A DNA stretch of 64,000 nucleotides from Myxococcales bacterium (GTDB lineage: Bacteria > Myxococcota_A > Polyangia > Polyangiales > Houyiibacteriaceae): the NCBI GenBank assembly GCA_020430775.1, contig JAGQJE010000206.1, forward strand, positions 1,837-65,836. The letters run 5' to 3'. Position 1 is the stretch's first letter. Each line of letters begins with the position of its first letter. The position numbers and the translations under genes were made by a program. Of this stretch, positions 1 to 7,467 are shown piece after piece. The notes beneath the pieces are model-generated. The model was not told the origin of the DNA, ran no database searches, and was given only the letters and a program-made list of their open reading frames with translations.

Positions 1-78
1 GCGCTCGGCGGGCTGTCAGCCCCCTCGTCAACCGGCGGCCAACGACGCAACGGAGCGGCGGGCCCGCGCGACAAGGGC

Positions 79-1458
79 ATGATGGCCAAGTCACGGACGG
101 TATACGTGTGCGCGGAGTGTGCCGCTGAGGCGCCGCGCTGGATGGGTCGCTGCCCCGCATGCGGCGAGTGGAACACGCTGGGCGCACACGTCGTGTCCGG
201 GGGAAGCGCCGGGCGCCGCGCCGCTCCGAGCGTTGAGACGGCGCGCGTCGAGCGGCTGGCCGACGTCGCGCCCGGAGGCGTCGAGCGGCTGCCGACTGGC
301 CTCGCAGAGCTCGACCGCGCGCTCGGCGGCGGGCTCGTGCCGGGCGGCGTGTCGTTGCTCGGCGGCGACCCAGGGATCGGCAAGTCCACGCTCGTCATGC
401 AGGCGTTCGCGGGCCTCGCGCGGCAGGGCCGCGTGGTCCTGTACGCGAGCGGCGAGGAGTCGGCGGAGCAGGTCGCGCTGCGGGGGCGCCGGCTCGAAGC
501 GAGCGGCGTGGGCGACATCCGGCTGCTGGCGACGACCGCGCTCGACGACTTCGAGGCCGCCGTCGACGCGCTCTCCCCCGACGTCGCGGTGGTCGACTCG
601 ATCCAGACCCTACGCTCGGCGGCCGTCGCCTCCGGGGCCGGGACGGTGGGCCAGCTCCGCGAGGTCTCGGCGCGCCTCATCGCGCTCGCGAAGACGCGAT
701 CGATGGCGCTCGTGCTCATCGGACACGTCACCAAGGACGGCGCGATCGCTGGCCCGAAGGTCCTCGAGCACCTCGTCGACACCGTGCTCTCGTTCGAGGG
801 GGACCGCTCGCACGCCTTCCGCGTCGTCCGGGCGACCAAGAACCGCTTCGGGCCGACGCACGAGGTGGGCGTGTTCGAGATGGCGCAGGACGGCCTGCGC
901 GAGGTCCCCGACCCCAGCGCGCTCTTTCTCACCGAGCGCCCGCGAGCGGCCGCCGGCTCGCTCGTCGTGCCCGTCGTCGAGGGGAGCCGCGCGCTCCTCG
1001 TCGAGGTCCAGGCGCTCGTCGCGCCGGCCGTCTATGGTTCGGCCCGGCGCGTCGCGACCGGCCTCGACGCGAGCCGGCTCGCGGTGTTGCTCGCCGTGCT
1101 CGACCGCAAGGCGGGCGTCCACGTGCTCGACCAGGACGTCTTCGCGTCCGTGGCGGGCGGCGCGCGCGTCACCGAGCGAGGCGTCGACCTCGCCCTCGCC
1201 CTGGCGGTCGCGTCGAGCTTGCGAGAGCGTCCGGTCGGCGCCGGGCTCGTGGCGTTCGGTGAGGTGGGCCTCGCGGGCGAGGTGCGCGCCGTGCAGCGGG
1301 CCGAGGCGCGCGTCGACGAGGCGGTGAAGCTCGGCTTTCGGCGCATCCTGCTGCCCGCGCTCAACGCCGAGCAGGTGCTGGCCCGTGGCGCCGCGCCGGG
1401 GTCGGAGCTTGTCGGTGTGCGCAGCCTCGCCGAGGCCCTCGAGGCGGCGTTCGACTGA
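79..1458 (+). CDS. radA: DNA repair protein RadA/Sms
   Basis: 459-aa ORF. N-terminal C4 zinc finger (CAEC...CPACGEWNT), Walker A GDPGIGKST, RadA KNRFG motif (ATKNRFGP) and a Lon-protease-like C-terminal domain. Confidence 0.95.
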   Translation: MMAKSRTVYVCAECAAEAPRWMGRCPACGEWNTLGAHVVSGGSAGRRAAPSVETARVERLADVAPGGVERLPTGLAELDRALGGGLVPGGVSLLGGDPGIGKSTLVMQAFAGLARQGRVVLYASGEESAEQVALRGRRLEASGVGDIRLLATTALDDFEAAVDALSPDVAVVDSIQTLRSAAVASGAGTVGQLREVSARLIALAKTRSMALVLIGHVTKDGAIAGPKVLEHLVDTVLSFEGDRSHAFRVVRATKNRFGPTHEVGVFEMAQDGLREVPDPSALFLTERPRAAAGSLVVPVVEGSRALLVEVQALVAPAVYGSARRVATGLDASRLAVLLAVLDRKAGVHVLDQDVFASVAGGARVTERGVDLALALAVASSLRERPVGAGLVAFGEVGLAGEVRAVQRAEARVDEAVKLGFRRILLPALNAEQVLARGAAPGSELVGVRSLAEALEAAFD

Positions 1459-1514
1459 GGCGGCGCCGGGGGGTGCGAGGCGGGCCGCGCGCGCTCGGGC
1501 TCGTCAGCCGGCGG

Positions 1515-2204
1515 TCACGCGCTGAGGAGGCCCTCGGCGATCCGCGCGCGACGCCACCGGCGCGCTTGCTCGGCGTGGACGATGCCGCGCAGCTCGCCGA
1601 GCGCGTGCTGCAGGTCGTCGTTCACGACGATGTAGTCGAAGAACGGGTAGTGCTCGATCTCTTCGCGCGCCTTCGCGAAGCGCTGGCGGATCGTCTCCTC
1701 GTCATCGAGACCGCGGCTCGTCAAGCGGCGCTCGAGCTCGTCCATCGAGGGAGGCAGGATGAACACGCCGACCGCGCTCCGGAACTTCGCCCGGATCTGC
1801 CGCGCGCCCTGGTAGTCGACGTCGAAGAGCACGCCGCGCCGGCCGAGCTCACGCGCGCGCGCGAACTCCGCGATGCTCGTGCCGTAATAGTGGCCGTGGA
1901 CCGAGGCCCACTCGGCGAACGCGCCCTCCACCACCATCGCCTGAAACCGCGACTCGCTGACGAAGTGGTAGTCCTGCCCCTCGACCTCGTTCGCGCGGGG
2001 CTTGCGCGTCGTGTGCGACACCGAGAAGTGCAGCGTCGCGAAGTCGTCGAGCAACCGATGCGTGAGGGTGGTCTTGCCCGCGCCCGAGGGCGAGCTGAGG
2101 ATGAGCAGGAGCAGGTCGTCGTCCACGGGCTCGGAGTGTAGCGTACGCGCTCGCTCGCGCTCCCCCGCAGTCGCGCCTTCGCTTGGACGCAGCGCGCCGG
2201 CCAA
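1515..2204 (-). CDS. gmk: Guanylate kinase
   Basis: P-loop SSPSGAGKTTL followed by SHTTRKPR..E.EGQDYHFVS, the guanylate-kinase signature. Start is uncertain: ATG 2204 or the in-frame GTG at 2126, which gives a canonical-length N-terminus. Confidence 0.92.
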   Translation of the reverse strand: MAGALRPSEGATAGERERARTLHSEPVDDDLLLLILSSPSGAGKTTLTHRLLDDFATLHFSVSHTTRKPRANEVEGQDYHFVSESRFQAMVVEGAFAEWASVHGHYYGTSIAEFARARELGRRGVLFDVDYQGARQIRAKFRSAVGVFILPPSMDELERRLTSRGLDDEETIRQRFAKAREEIEHYPFFDYIVVNDDLQHALGELRGIVHAEQARRWRRARIAEGLLSA

Positions 2205-2222
2205 TCATGATACAACTGCGCC

Positions 2223-3098
2223 GTGCGGAGCATGACGGGATACGGCGTCGGCGTGGCGCCCCTCGGTGCCGGCCGCATCGTCGCCGAGCTGAAGGCGGTC
2301 AACCACCGCCACGTCGACGTTCGGTTGCGCGCGCCGTCGGGGCTCGTCGCGGCCAGCGCGAAGGCCGAAGAGACCATCCGGCGCCGGCTCCTGCGCGGCC
2401 GCATCGAGGCGGTCATCCGCTTCGAAGGCGACGTGTGCGGACCGCTCAGGCTCGACGTGGCGCGCGCGCGCTCCGCCTTCGAGCAGTTCGCCGCGCTACG
2501 CGACTCGCTCTGCCCGGGGGAAGCGGTGCCTCTGTCGCTGCTCGCGATCGTGCCCGACCTCTTCGACGCGTCGCGCGACCTCGACGCCGGCGCAACGAGC
2601 GCCGCCGTTCTGATCGCGGTGGTCGCGGCGTGTGATGATCTGGACGCGATGCGGCAGCGCGAGGGCGCCTCGCTCGAGGCCGAGCTGGAGCGGCGCCTCG
2701 ACCGCATCGAAGCGCGCGCCAAAGAGGCTCGCGAGGTGCTCCCGCGTCTCATCGCGCGCTACGACCGGCGGCTGCACGACCGCATCCGGCGCCTGCTCGA
2801 GGGCTGCGACGCGACGCTGGACGAGCGGCGGATCGAGCAGGAGGTCGCCCTGCTGGCCGAGCGCGTCGACATCGCCGAGGAGGTCGCGCGCCTCGACAGC
2901 CACGTCGCCCAGGCCCGCGGCCTGGTCGGCGCGGAGGAGCCGCTCGTCGGCCGCAAGCTCGACTTCCTCATGCAGGAGATGAGCCGCGAAGCGAACACGC
3001 TCGGTGCCAAGGCGGCGCAGCTCGGCCTCACCGCCCTCGTGGTCGAGCTGAAGGCCGACATCGACCGGGTGCGGGAGCAGGTGCAGAACGTCCTGTGA
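2223..3098 (+). CDS. yicC: YicC-family stress-induced protein (YicC N-terminal domain plus DUF1732)
   Basis: N-terminus MRSMTGYG resembles E. coli YicC MIRSMTAY. C-terminal motif FLMQEMSREANTLGAKA is typical of the family. Confidence 0.88.
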   Translation: MRSMTGYGVGVAPLGAGRIVAELKAVNHRHVDVRLRAPSGLVAASAKAEETIRRRLLRGRIEAVIRFEGDVCGPLRLDVARARSAFEQFAALRDSLCPGEAVPLSLLAIVPDLFDASRDLDAGATSAAVLIAVVAACDDLDAMRQREGASLEAELERRLDRIEARAKEAREVLPRLIARYDRRLHDRIRRLLEGCDATLDERRIEQEVALLAERVDIAEEVARLDSHVAQARGLVGAEEPLVGRKLDFLMQEMSREANTLGAKAAQLGLTALVVELKADIDRVREQVQNVL

Positions 3099-3119
3099 GC
3101 CACTTGCGCGCTGAAGGGG

Positions 3120-3629
3120 TTACAGGCCCTTTTTCTGCTTCATCTGCTCCATCACGCGCTGGTACTCGATCTCGAAGGTCGCGGTGCCCTCCGAGAGGTT
3201 CTTGATGCGCGCGCGGACCTCGCGGTCGAGCTCGTCCTCGACCTCCATGTGGCGCCGGAGGATGGGCGTGATCGTGGTGCGGAGGGCGACGTCGTCCGCG
3301 TAGATCTCGGCGACGTTGTTGCTGTGAAAGAGCATCTCGACGAGCTGGTCCAGGAGGAAGGGCAGCACCTCGTCCTGTGCCGGCATCCCCCACTCCTTGT
3401 TCACCCGGGCGCGCACGCGTCCGAGCATGCTGTGGCTCAGCCCTTCGCGCTGCATTCGCTCGCGGGCCTCGTCTCCGGCCTGCCGGTCGCGCCGAATGTG
3501 CTCCTTCAGCACCGCCTCGAGGTCGAGCCGCGCCTCCGCCGCGTCCTCGAGCTCGACGTCGCCGGAAGCCGAAAGGGTCTCGATGATATCATCTGCGATT
3601 ACGGGCACTTTCCCGCTGAAGAGACGCAT
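3120..3629 (-). CDS. DUF507-family protein (function unknown)
   Basis: 169-aa acidic soluble protein. Two halves each fit my recollection of the DUF507 pattern (MRL...I..L...G.VEL.D; C-terminal ...YQRVMEQMKQKKGL). Family assigned from memory and not searched. Confidence 0.7.
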   Translation of the reverse strand: MRLFSGKVPVIADDIIETLSASGDVELEDAAEARLDLEAVLKEHIRRDRQAGDEARERMQREGLSHSMLGRVRARVNKEWGMPAQDEVLPFLLDQLVEMLFHSNNVAEIYADDVALRTTITPILRRHMEVEDELDREVRARIKNLSEGTATFEIEYQRVMEQMKQKKGL

Positions 3630-3671
3630 GACCAGGGCCTTTCGGGCGGGCGCTCTGCGCGCCCGTCGCGG

Positions 3672-3753
3672 AGGCTACTGGCCACCCTGGGGGTCGTCAA
3701 CCGGGCGCTCGGACAGTTTTCTTGCTTATACGTCTTGACTGTATTCTTACAAT
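3672..3753. promoter_or_regulatory. Divergent promoter region between the DUF507 gene and the Crp-family gene (sigma70-like hexamers on both strands)
   Basis: Minus strand: TTGACG (3700-3695), 17 nt, TAGCCT (3677-3672); and TTGTAA (3752-3747), 16 nt, TATAAG (3730-3725). Plus strand: TACAAT at 3748-3753. The site lies in a locally AT-rich island (about 3715-3785). Hexamer matching was done by eye only. Confidence 0.35.
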
Positions 3754-3781
3754 CAGGAAGGATTTAGACAGAGGTAGTTCT

Positions 3782-4513
3782 GTGGTCGCCATTGCAAAAG
3801 CCAGCGCACGAGTCGTCCCCCTGGGTCGCTCGCACCATCGAATCGAGGACCGGAAGCGGTGGGTGCTCGCGCGCTCACCGCTCTTCGCCCGCCTCGACGT
3901 GCACACCCGATCCCGGGTCGCCACCGCCGCGCATCTGGTCTTCGTCGAACCGCGCCGCCCCCTGTGCAGCCCGGACGACACGGGGCTGTACGTCGTCGGC
4001 AGCGGACGCCTGCGCCGGATGCGCACGACCGCGGATCGAGAGCTCACCTTCGGCTACATCGAGGTCGGTGACGTGGTGGGGGAGGAGCGTCTCGCCGACC
4101 CCCACGTGACGCTCGAGACGATGACGCTCGAGCGCGTCGAGGCGCTGCGGATCCCCGGCAAGACCGTGCGCGACTTGCTCGAGTCCGACGCCTGCTTCGC
4201 GTTTGAGATGCAGCGGCTGGTCGGCGAGCGACGCCTCGCGCTCGAGGAGCGGCTGCACGGGCTGCTCTGTCGGTCGGTCGAGTCGCGCGTGGCCGAGTTC
4301 GTCCTCGGCGCCGCGCAGCGCCACGGCGTCGCGGACGGACGCGGAGTGCTCGTCTCCGTGAAGTTCACGCACCAGGAGATCGCCAATTTCGTGGGTGCGA
4401 CCCGCGAAACGGTTACCGTCGTGATCGGTGCGTTGAAGCGGGCCGGACTCATCGACACGGATCGACGCAGGCTCGTCGTCCTCAACGAGCTAGGGCTGCG
4501 CGCGCGCATCTGA
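3782..4513 (+). CDS. Crp/Fnr-family transcriptional regulator (cNMP-binding-like domain plus HTH)
   Basis: C-terminal HTH THQEIANFVGATRETVTVVIGALKRAGLI, with an N-terminal beta-barrel-like region. I moved the start from the track's TTG 3722 to GTG 3782. Codons 3722-3781 end mostly in A/T, so they look noncoding, and AGAGG lies about 8 nt upstream of the GTG. Confidence 0.85.
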   Translation: MVAIAKASARVVPLGRSHHRIEDRKRWVLARSPLFARLDVHTRSRVATAAHLVFVEPRRPLCSPDDTGLYVVGSGRLRRMRTTADRELTFGYIEVGDVVGEERLADPHVTLETMTLERVEALRIPGKTVRDLLESDACFAFEMQRLVGERRLALEERLHGLLCRSVESRVAEFVLGAAQRHGVADGRGVLVSVKFTHQEIANFVGATRETVTVVIGALKRAGLIDTDRRRLVVLNELGLRARI

Positions 4514-4564
4514 GCGCCGCTCGGGCGCGTGCCAGGTGAGGTCTCCGCCGAGGTGGCGGGGGCC

Positions 4565-5233
4565 TCACTTCTTTTGGAGCTGCTGCGCGCGCTTGTCCCG
4601 CATCCGCCCGATCAGGCCGTCGAAGCCTTCCTTGGCGATGATGCGGCCGAACTGGCTCCGGTAGTTGTCGACCATGCTGACGCCGTCGGTCGCGATGTCG
4701 ACGACCTGGTAGCCGTCGCCGGTCTTGCGCAGCGTGTAGTCCACGTCGACCGACGGGGTGCGTCGCTGCGTCTTGGACCGCGCCACCGTCTTCACGACGA
4801 AGCGCTCCCCGTCGGCCTTCGCGGCTTCGTAGCGCACGTCGAAGTCGAGCGTCTTCTGGAGGTTCGCCTGGTATTGGCCGCGGACCAGCGCCTCGAAGAG
4901 CGAGACGAAGTCGTGCCGCTGCTTCGGGGAGGCCGCCTGCCAGTGCGCCGCGAGGGAGTCCTTCGAGATGGTCTCGTAGTCGAGAAAGCCGGCGAGCTGC
5001 GCGTCGAGCGCCTTCTCGCGGGCGGGGCTCGGCGCTTGTCGGAGCAGACGCATCACCTTCGCTTGCTTGTGCTCGAGGAAGGTCTTCGCGTCGGCAGCGG
5101 AGCCGGCCGCTGCCGGCGGTGGGCTGTCTGCGCGGGCGACCGCGGTCATGGTGAGGAGCGCGATCGCGCCGAGCGAGACGAGCCGGCAGGCCCAGGGCGC
5201 CGGCGTGCGAGGTGTGCGGTGCGTCATGTGCAT
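4565..5233 (-). CDS. MlaC/Ttg2D-family periplasmic phospholipid-binding protein (orphan, no mlaDEF nearby)
   Basis: Signal peptide (LVSLGAIALLTMTAVARA) followed by the MlaC-like pattern: FLDYETISKDSLAAHW......FVSLFEALVRGQY, ...YTLRKTGDGYQVVDI..DGVSMV.NYRSQF. Confidence 0.8.
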   Translation of the reverse strand: MHMTHRTPRTPAPWACRLVSLGAIALLTMTAVARADSPPPAAAGSAADAKTFLEHKQAKVMRLLRQAPSPAREKALDAQLAGFLDYETISKDSLAAHWQAASPKQRHDFVSLFEALVRGQYQANLQKTLDFDVRYEAAKADGERFVVKTVARSKTQRRTPSVDVDYTLRKTGDGYQVVDIATDGVSMVDNYRSQFGRIIAKEGFDGLIGRMRDKRAQQLQKK

Positions 5234-5272
5234 ACTCCCTTCGACGTGCGGCCCGCGGGCTCTATTCGCCGG

Positions 5273-6748
5273 TCAGTCCGCGCACGAGGTGCCCCAGACC
5301 TTGGCGTCGGCGAGCTCGCGACCGGTCACGCGGGTGAGCTTGGCGAGCGCGGTGTCGTAGTCGCGGATCGCCGAGATGTGGCTGAACCGCGCCGTGAAGT
5401 ACGCCTTGAGCGCGTCGATGAGGTCTTTCGCGGAGGAGGTCCCGACCTGGTAGCCCTGCGCAGTCGCGATGAACCACCGGCGCGTCTGTAGCTCCCCTCG
5501 CGCCCAGGCTTCCTCCCGGCGGCCGGCGTCCTCGAGCGCCTCGAACGCCTCGTCGACCTCGAGCTGCATCCCGACGCGCGCGTGCTGGTCTTGGGCGCGG
5601 GTCTCGGCGAGCAGCGCCTTCGCCCGCCTGACGCGTGCCGTGGTGCCCCACAGATCGAGCGACCAGCGGAGCGCCAGCGCGGCCCCGAGCGAGCGGTCGT
5701 TCGCCGGGTCGTGGATGAAGGGGTTGCTGATGTCGGTCACGCCCGCGCCGTGTGAGTACGCCGCTCGAAAGACCAGCACGAGGTCTGGGAAGTACCGCGC
5801 GCGCTGGTGGGTGAGATCCGCGCGGCGGGCGCGTCGCGCCGCCTCCAGCAGGCCGACCTCCGGCCGGTCGCGGTAGGCGCCGTCGAGGTGACCCTCGAGC
5901 GCGCTCGCGTCGAACTCGACCCGAGCGAGGGGGCAGTCGGGCACGCGGATCGCGTCGAGCCCGGTTAGCGCGCGGAGCGCCGCCCGCGCGGTGGCCTCGA
6001 GCCGGAGCGCCTGGGAGTTACGCGCGTTGACCTCCGCGAGCGCCGCTTCGAGCCGGTACCGGTCCATCGGGTCGGCGCTCGGGTCGTGCGCCGCGAGCAG
6101 GTCGTCGAGCTTGTCGATCGCTCGCTCGAGCTTGCTCTTGCCGTCCGTGATCATCTCGAGCGTGTCGAGCGACACCTGCAGGGCGAAGTAGCCCCGTCGG
6201 ACGTCGTACCGCACGCTCGCGAGGGTGCGGTCGTGCTGATGCTCGGCGGCGTCGATGCCGGCGCGGGCGGCCTCTCGTGCGCTTTTGAGCTTCCCAAACG
6301 TGTAGATGGGCACGAACCCCTCGACCGAGACGCCCGAGACCGGTCGCCACGGGTTGTCCAGCGGGAGCTGGTTGTCGGGGCTGTAGGTCGGCGTCCCCTC
6401 GGCGCTCGGCGCGACGGTAAAGGTGCCGGTGACGTTCCACTGAAAGAAGGGCGAGACGCGTGCTTCGTCGAGGCGTGCGCGGGCGGCGTCGATCGCGTGG
6501 CCGTCCGCGGCGAGCGCCGGGTAGTGCGCCTCCGCCGCCTGCAGCAGGACCGCGAGCGATGTAGTGGCCGTGGCGTCGGAGGCGCCCGCCGCCTCGCTCG
6601 GCCCTCCAGCGTCGCTCGACGCGCTGGCGTCGCTCGGCGGCGCGTCGGCGCGCGCCGTCCGCGCCAGCGGGAAGGCGAGCAGGACCGCTGCCAGCGCGAG
6701 CTGCACGAGCGCGACGCGGGCTGACACCTCGGTGCGCCGCCGGACCAT
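5273..6748 (-). CDS. TolC-family outer-membrane efflux protein
   Basis: 491 aa with a signal peptide. Two tandem OEP-type repeats with long helical segments and the characteristic Y.P.L...(D/A)...A...L..A pattern. No lipobox Cys. Confidence 0.82.
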   Translation of the reverse strand: MVRRRTEVSARVALVQLALAAVLLAFPLARTARADAPPSDASASSDAGGPSEAAGASDATATTSLAVLLQAAEAHYPALAADGHAIDAARARLDEARVSPFFQWNVTGTFTVAPSAEGTPTYSPDNQLPLDNPWRPVSGVSVEGFVPIYTFGKLKSAREAARAGIDAAEHQHDRTLASVRYDVRRGYFALQVSLDTLEMITDGKSKLERAIDKLDDLLAAHDPSADPMDRYRLEAALAEVNARNSQALRLEATARAALRALTGLDAIRVPDCPLARVEFDASALEGHLDGAYRDRPEVGLLEAARRARRADLTHQRARYFPDLVLVFRAAYSHGAGVTDISNPFIHDPANDRSLGAALALRWSLDLWGTTARVRRAKALLAETRAQDQHARVGMQLEVDEAFEALEDAGRREEAWARGELQTRRWFIATAQGYQVGTSSAKDLIDALKAYFTARFSHISAIRDYDTALAKLTRVTGRELADAKVWGTSCAD

Positions 6749-6758
6749 GCAGCCGCTG

Positions 6759-7385
6759 CTAGTGGGACGAGCCCTTGCCCGCGGTGCCGCTCGGCTTCGC
6801 GGCGCCCCAGTGGTTTTGCTTCGAGAGCGCGTTGTAGCGCTGGATCACCTCGTCGGTGAGGTCGAGGTTGCTCGGGACCCACACCACGCCCCCCTCGCTC
6901 TTTTCGAGGATCAGCGTGTACCCGTCCTTCTCGCCGATGCGCCGGAGGATGTCCCGCATGCGCTCGAGGATCTTCTGGGTGAGCTCGCCCTCCTTGCCGG
7001 ACAGCTCGCGCTGGTACTCGACGTACTGGTCCTGGAGGTTCGAGACGGCCTGCTGGTAGGTCTCCACCTTCTTCTGGAGGGCGTCTTGCGACAGGACGTC
7101 CTTCTGCTTCTTGAGCTCGTCCTGCATCTTTTGGACCTTGGTCTGCGCGGCGTCGAGCGACTTCTGGCGCTCGTCGAAGAGCGACTTCAGGCGGGCCTTG
7201 GCGGCGCGCCCGTCTTCGGTCTCGTTGAGGGCCTTCTGCAGGTCGACGACCGCGATGCGCACCTTCGAGGCGCCTTGGGCGCGTGCGGTGGTCGTGGCGC
7301 CTGCGCTCGCCGCGAGCGAGGCGAGCAAGGCGGCGACCGCGTAGCGTTTGAATGGCATCGATGCGTTCCTTTCGAAGCTGCGCAC
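6759..7385 (-). CDS. skp: OmpH/Skp-family periplasmic chaperone
   Basis: Signal peptide, then IAVVDLQKAL...coiled-coil K/E/Q-rich arms...LILEKS.GGVVWV. Located immediately downstream of bamA, as in other Gram-negatives. Start may be the internal Met at 7358. Confidence 0.88.
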   Translation of the reverse strand: MRSFERNASMPFKRYAVAALLASLAASAGATTTARAQGASKVRIAVVDLQKALNETEDGRAAKARLKSLFDERQKSLDAAQTKVQKMQDELKKQKDVLSQDALQKKVETYQQAVSNLQDQYVEYQRELSGKEGELTQKILERMRDILRRIGEKDGYTLILEKSEGGVVWVPSNLDLTDEVIQRYNALSKQNHWGAAKPSGTAGKGSSH

Positions 7386-7467
7386 AGCTAACCCGCTGCC
7401 CGTGGAGGGTCAAGAGGCGTGGGGTGGGACGTCCGGCGCGGCTCGGTATTCCCTCCGTGGGCGCGCA

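Noticed and set aside
3722-3781. The TTG start at 3722 for the Crp-family gene (track ORF, 263 aa)
   Set aside because: These 20 codons lie in the AT-rich promoter-like island and end mostly in A/T, unlike genuine coding sequence here. GTG 3782 with an upstream AGAGG is preferred.
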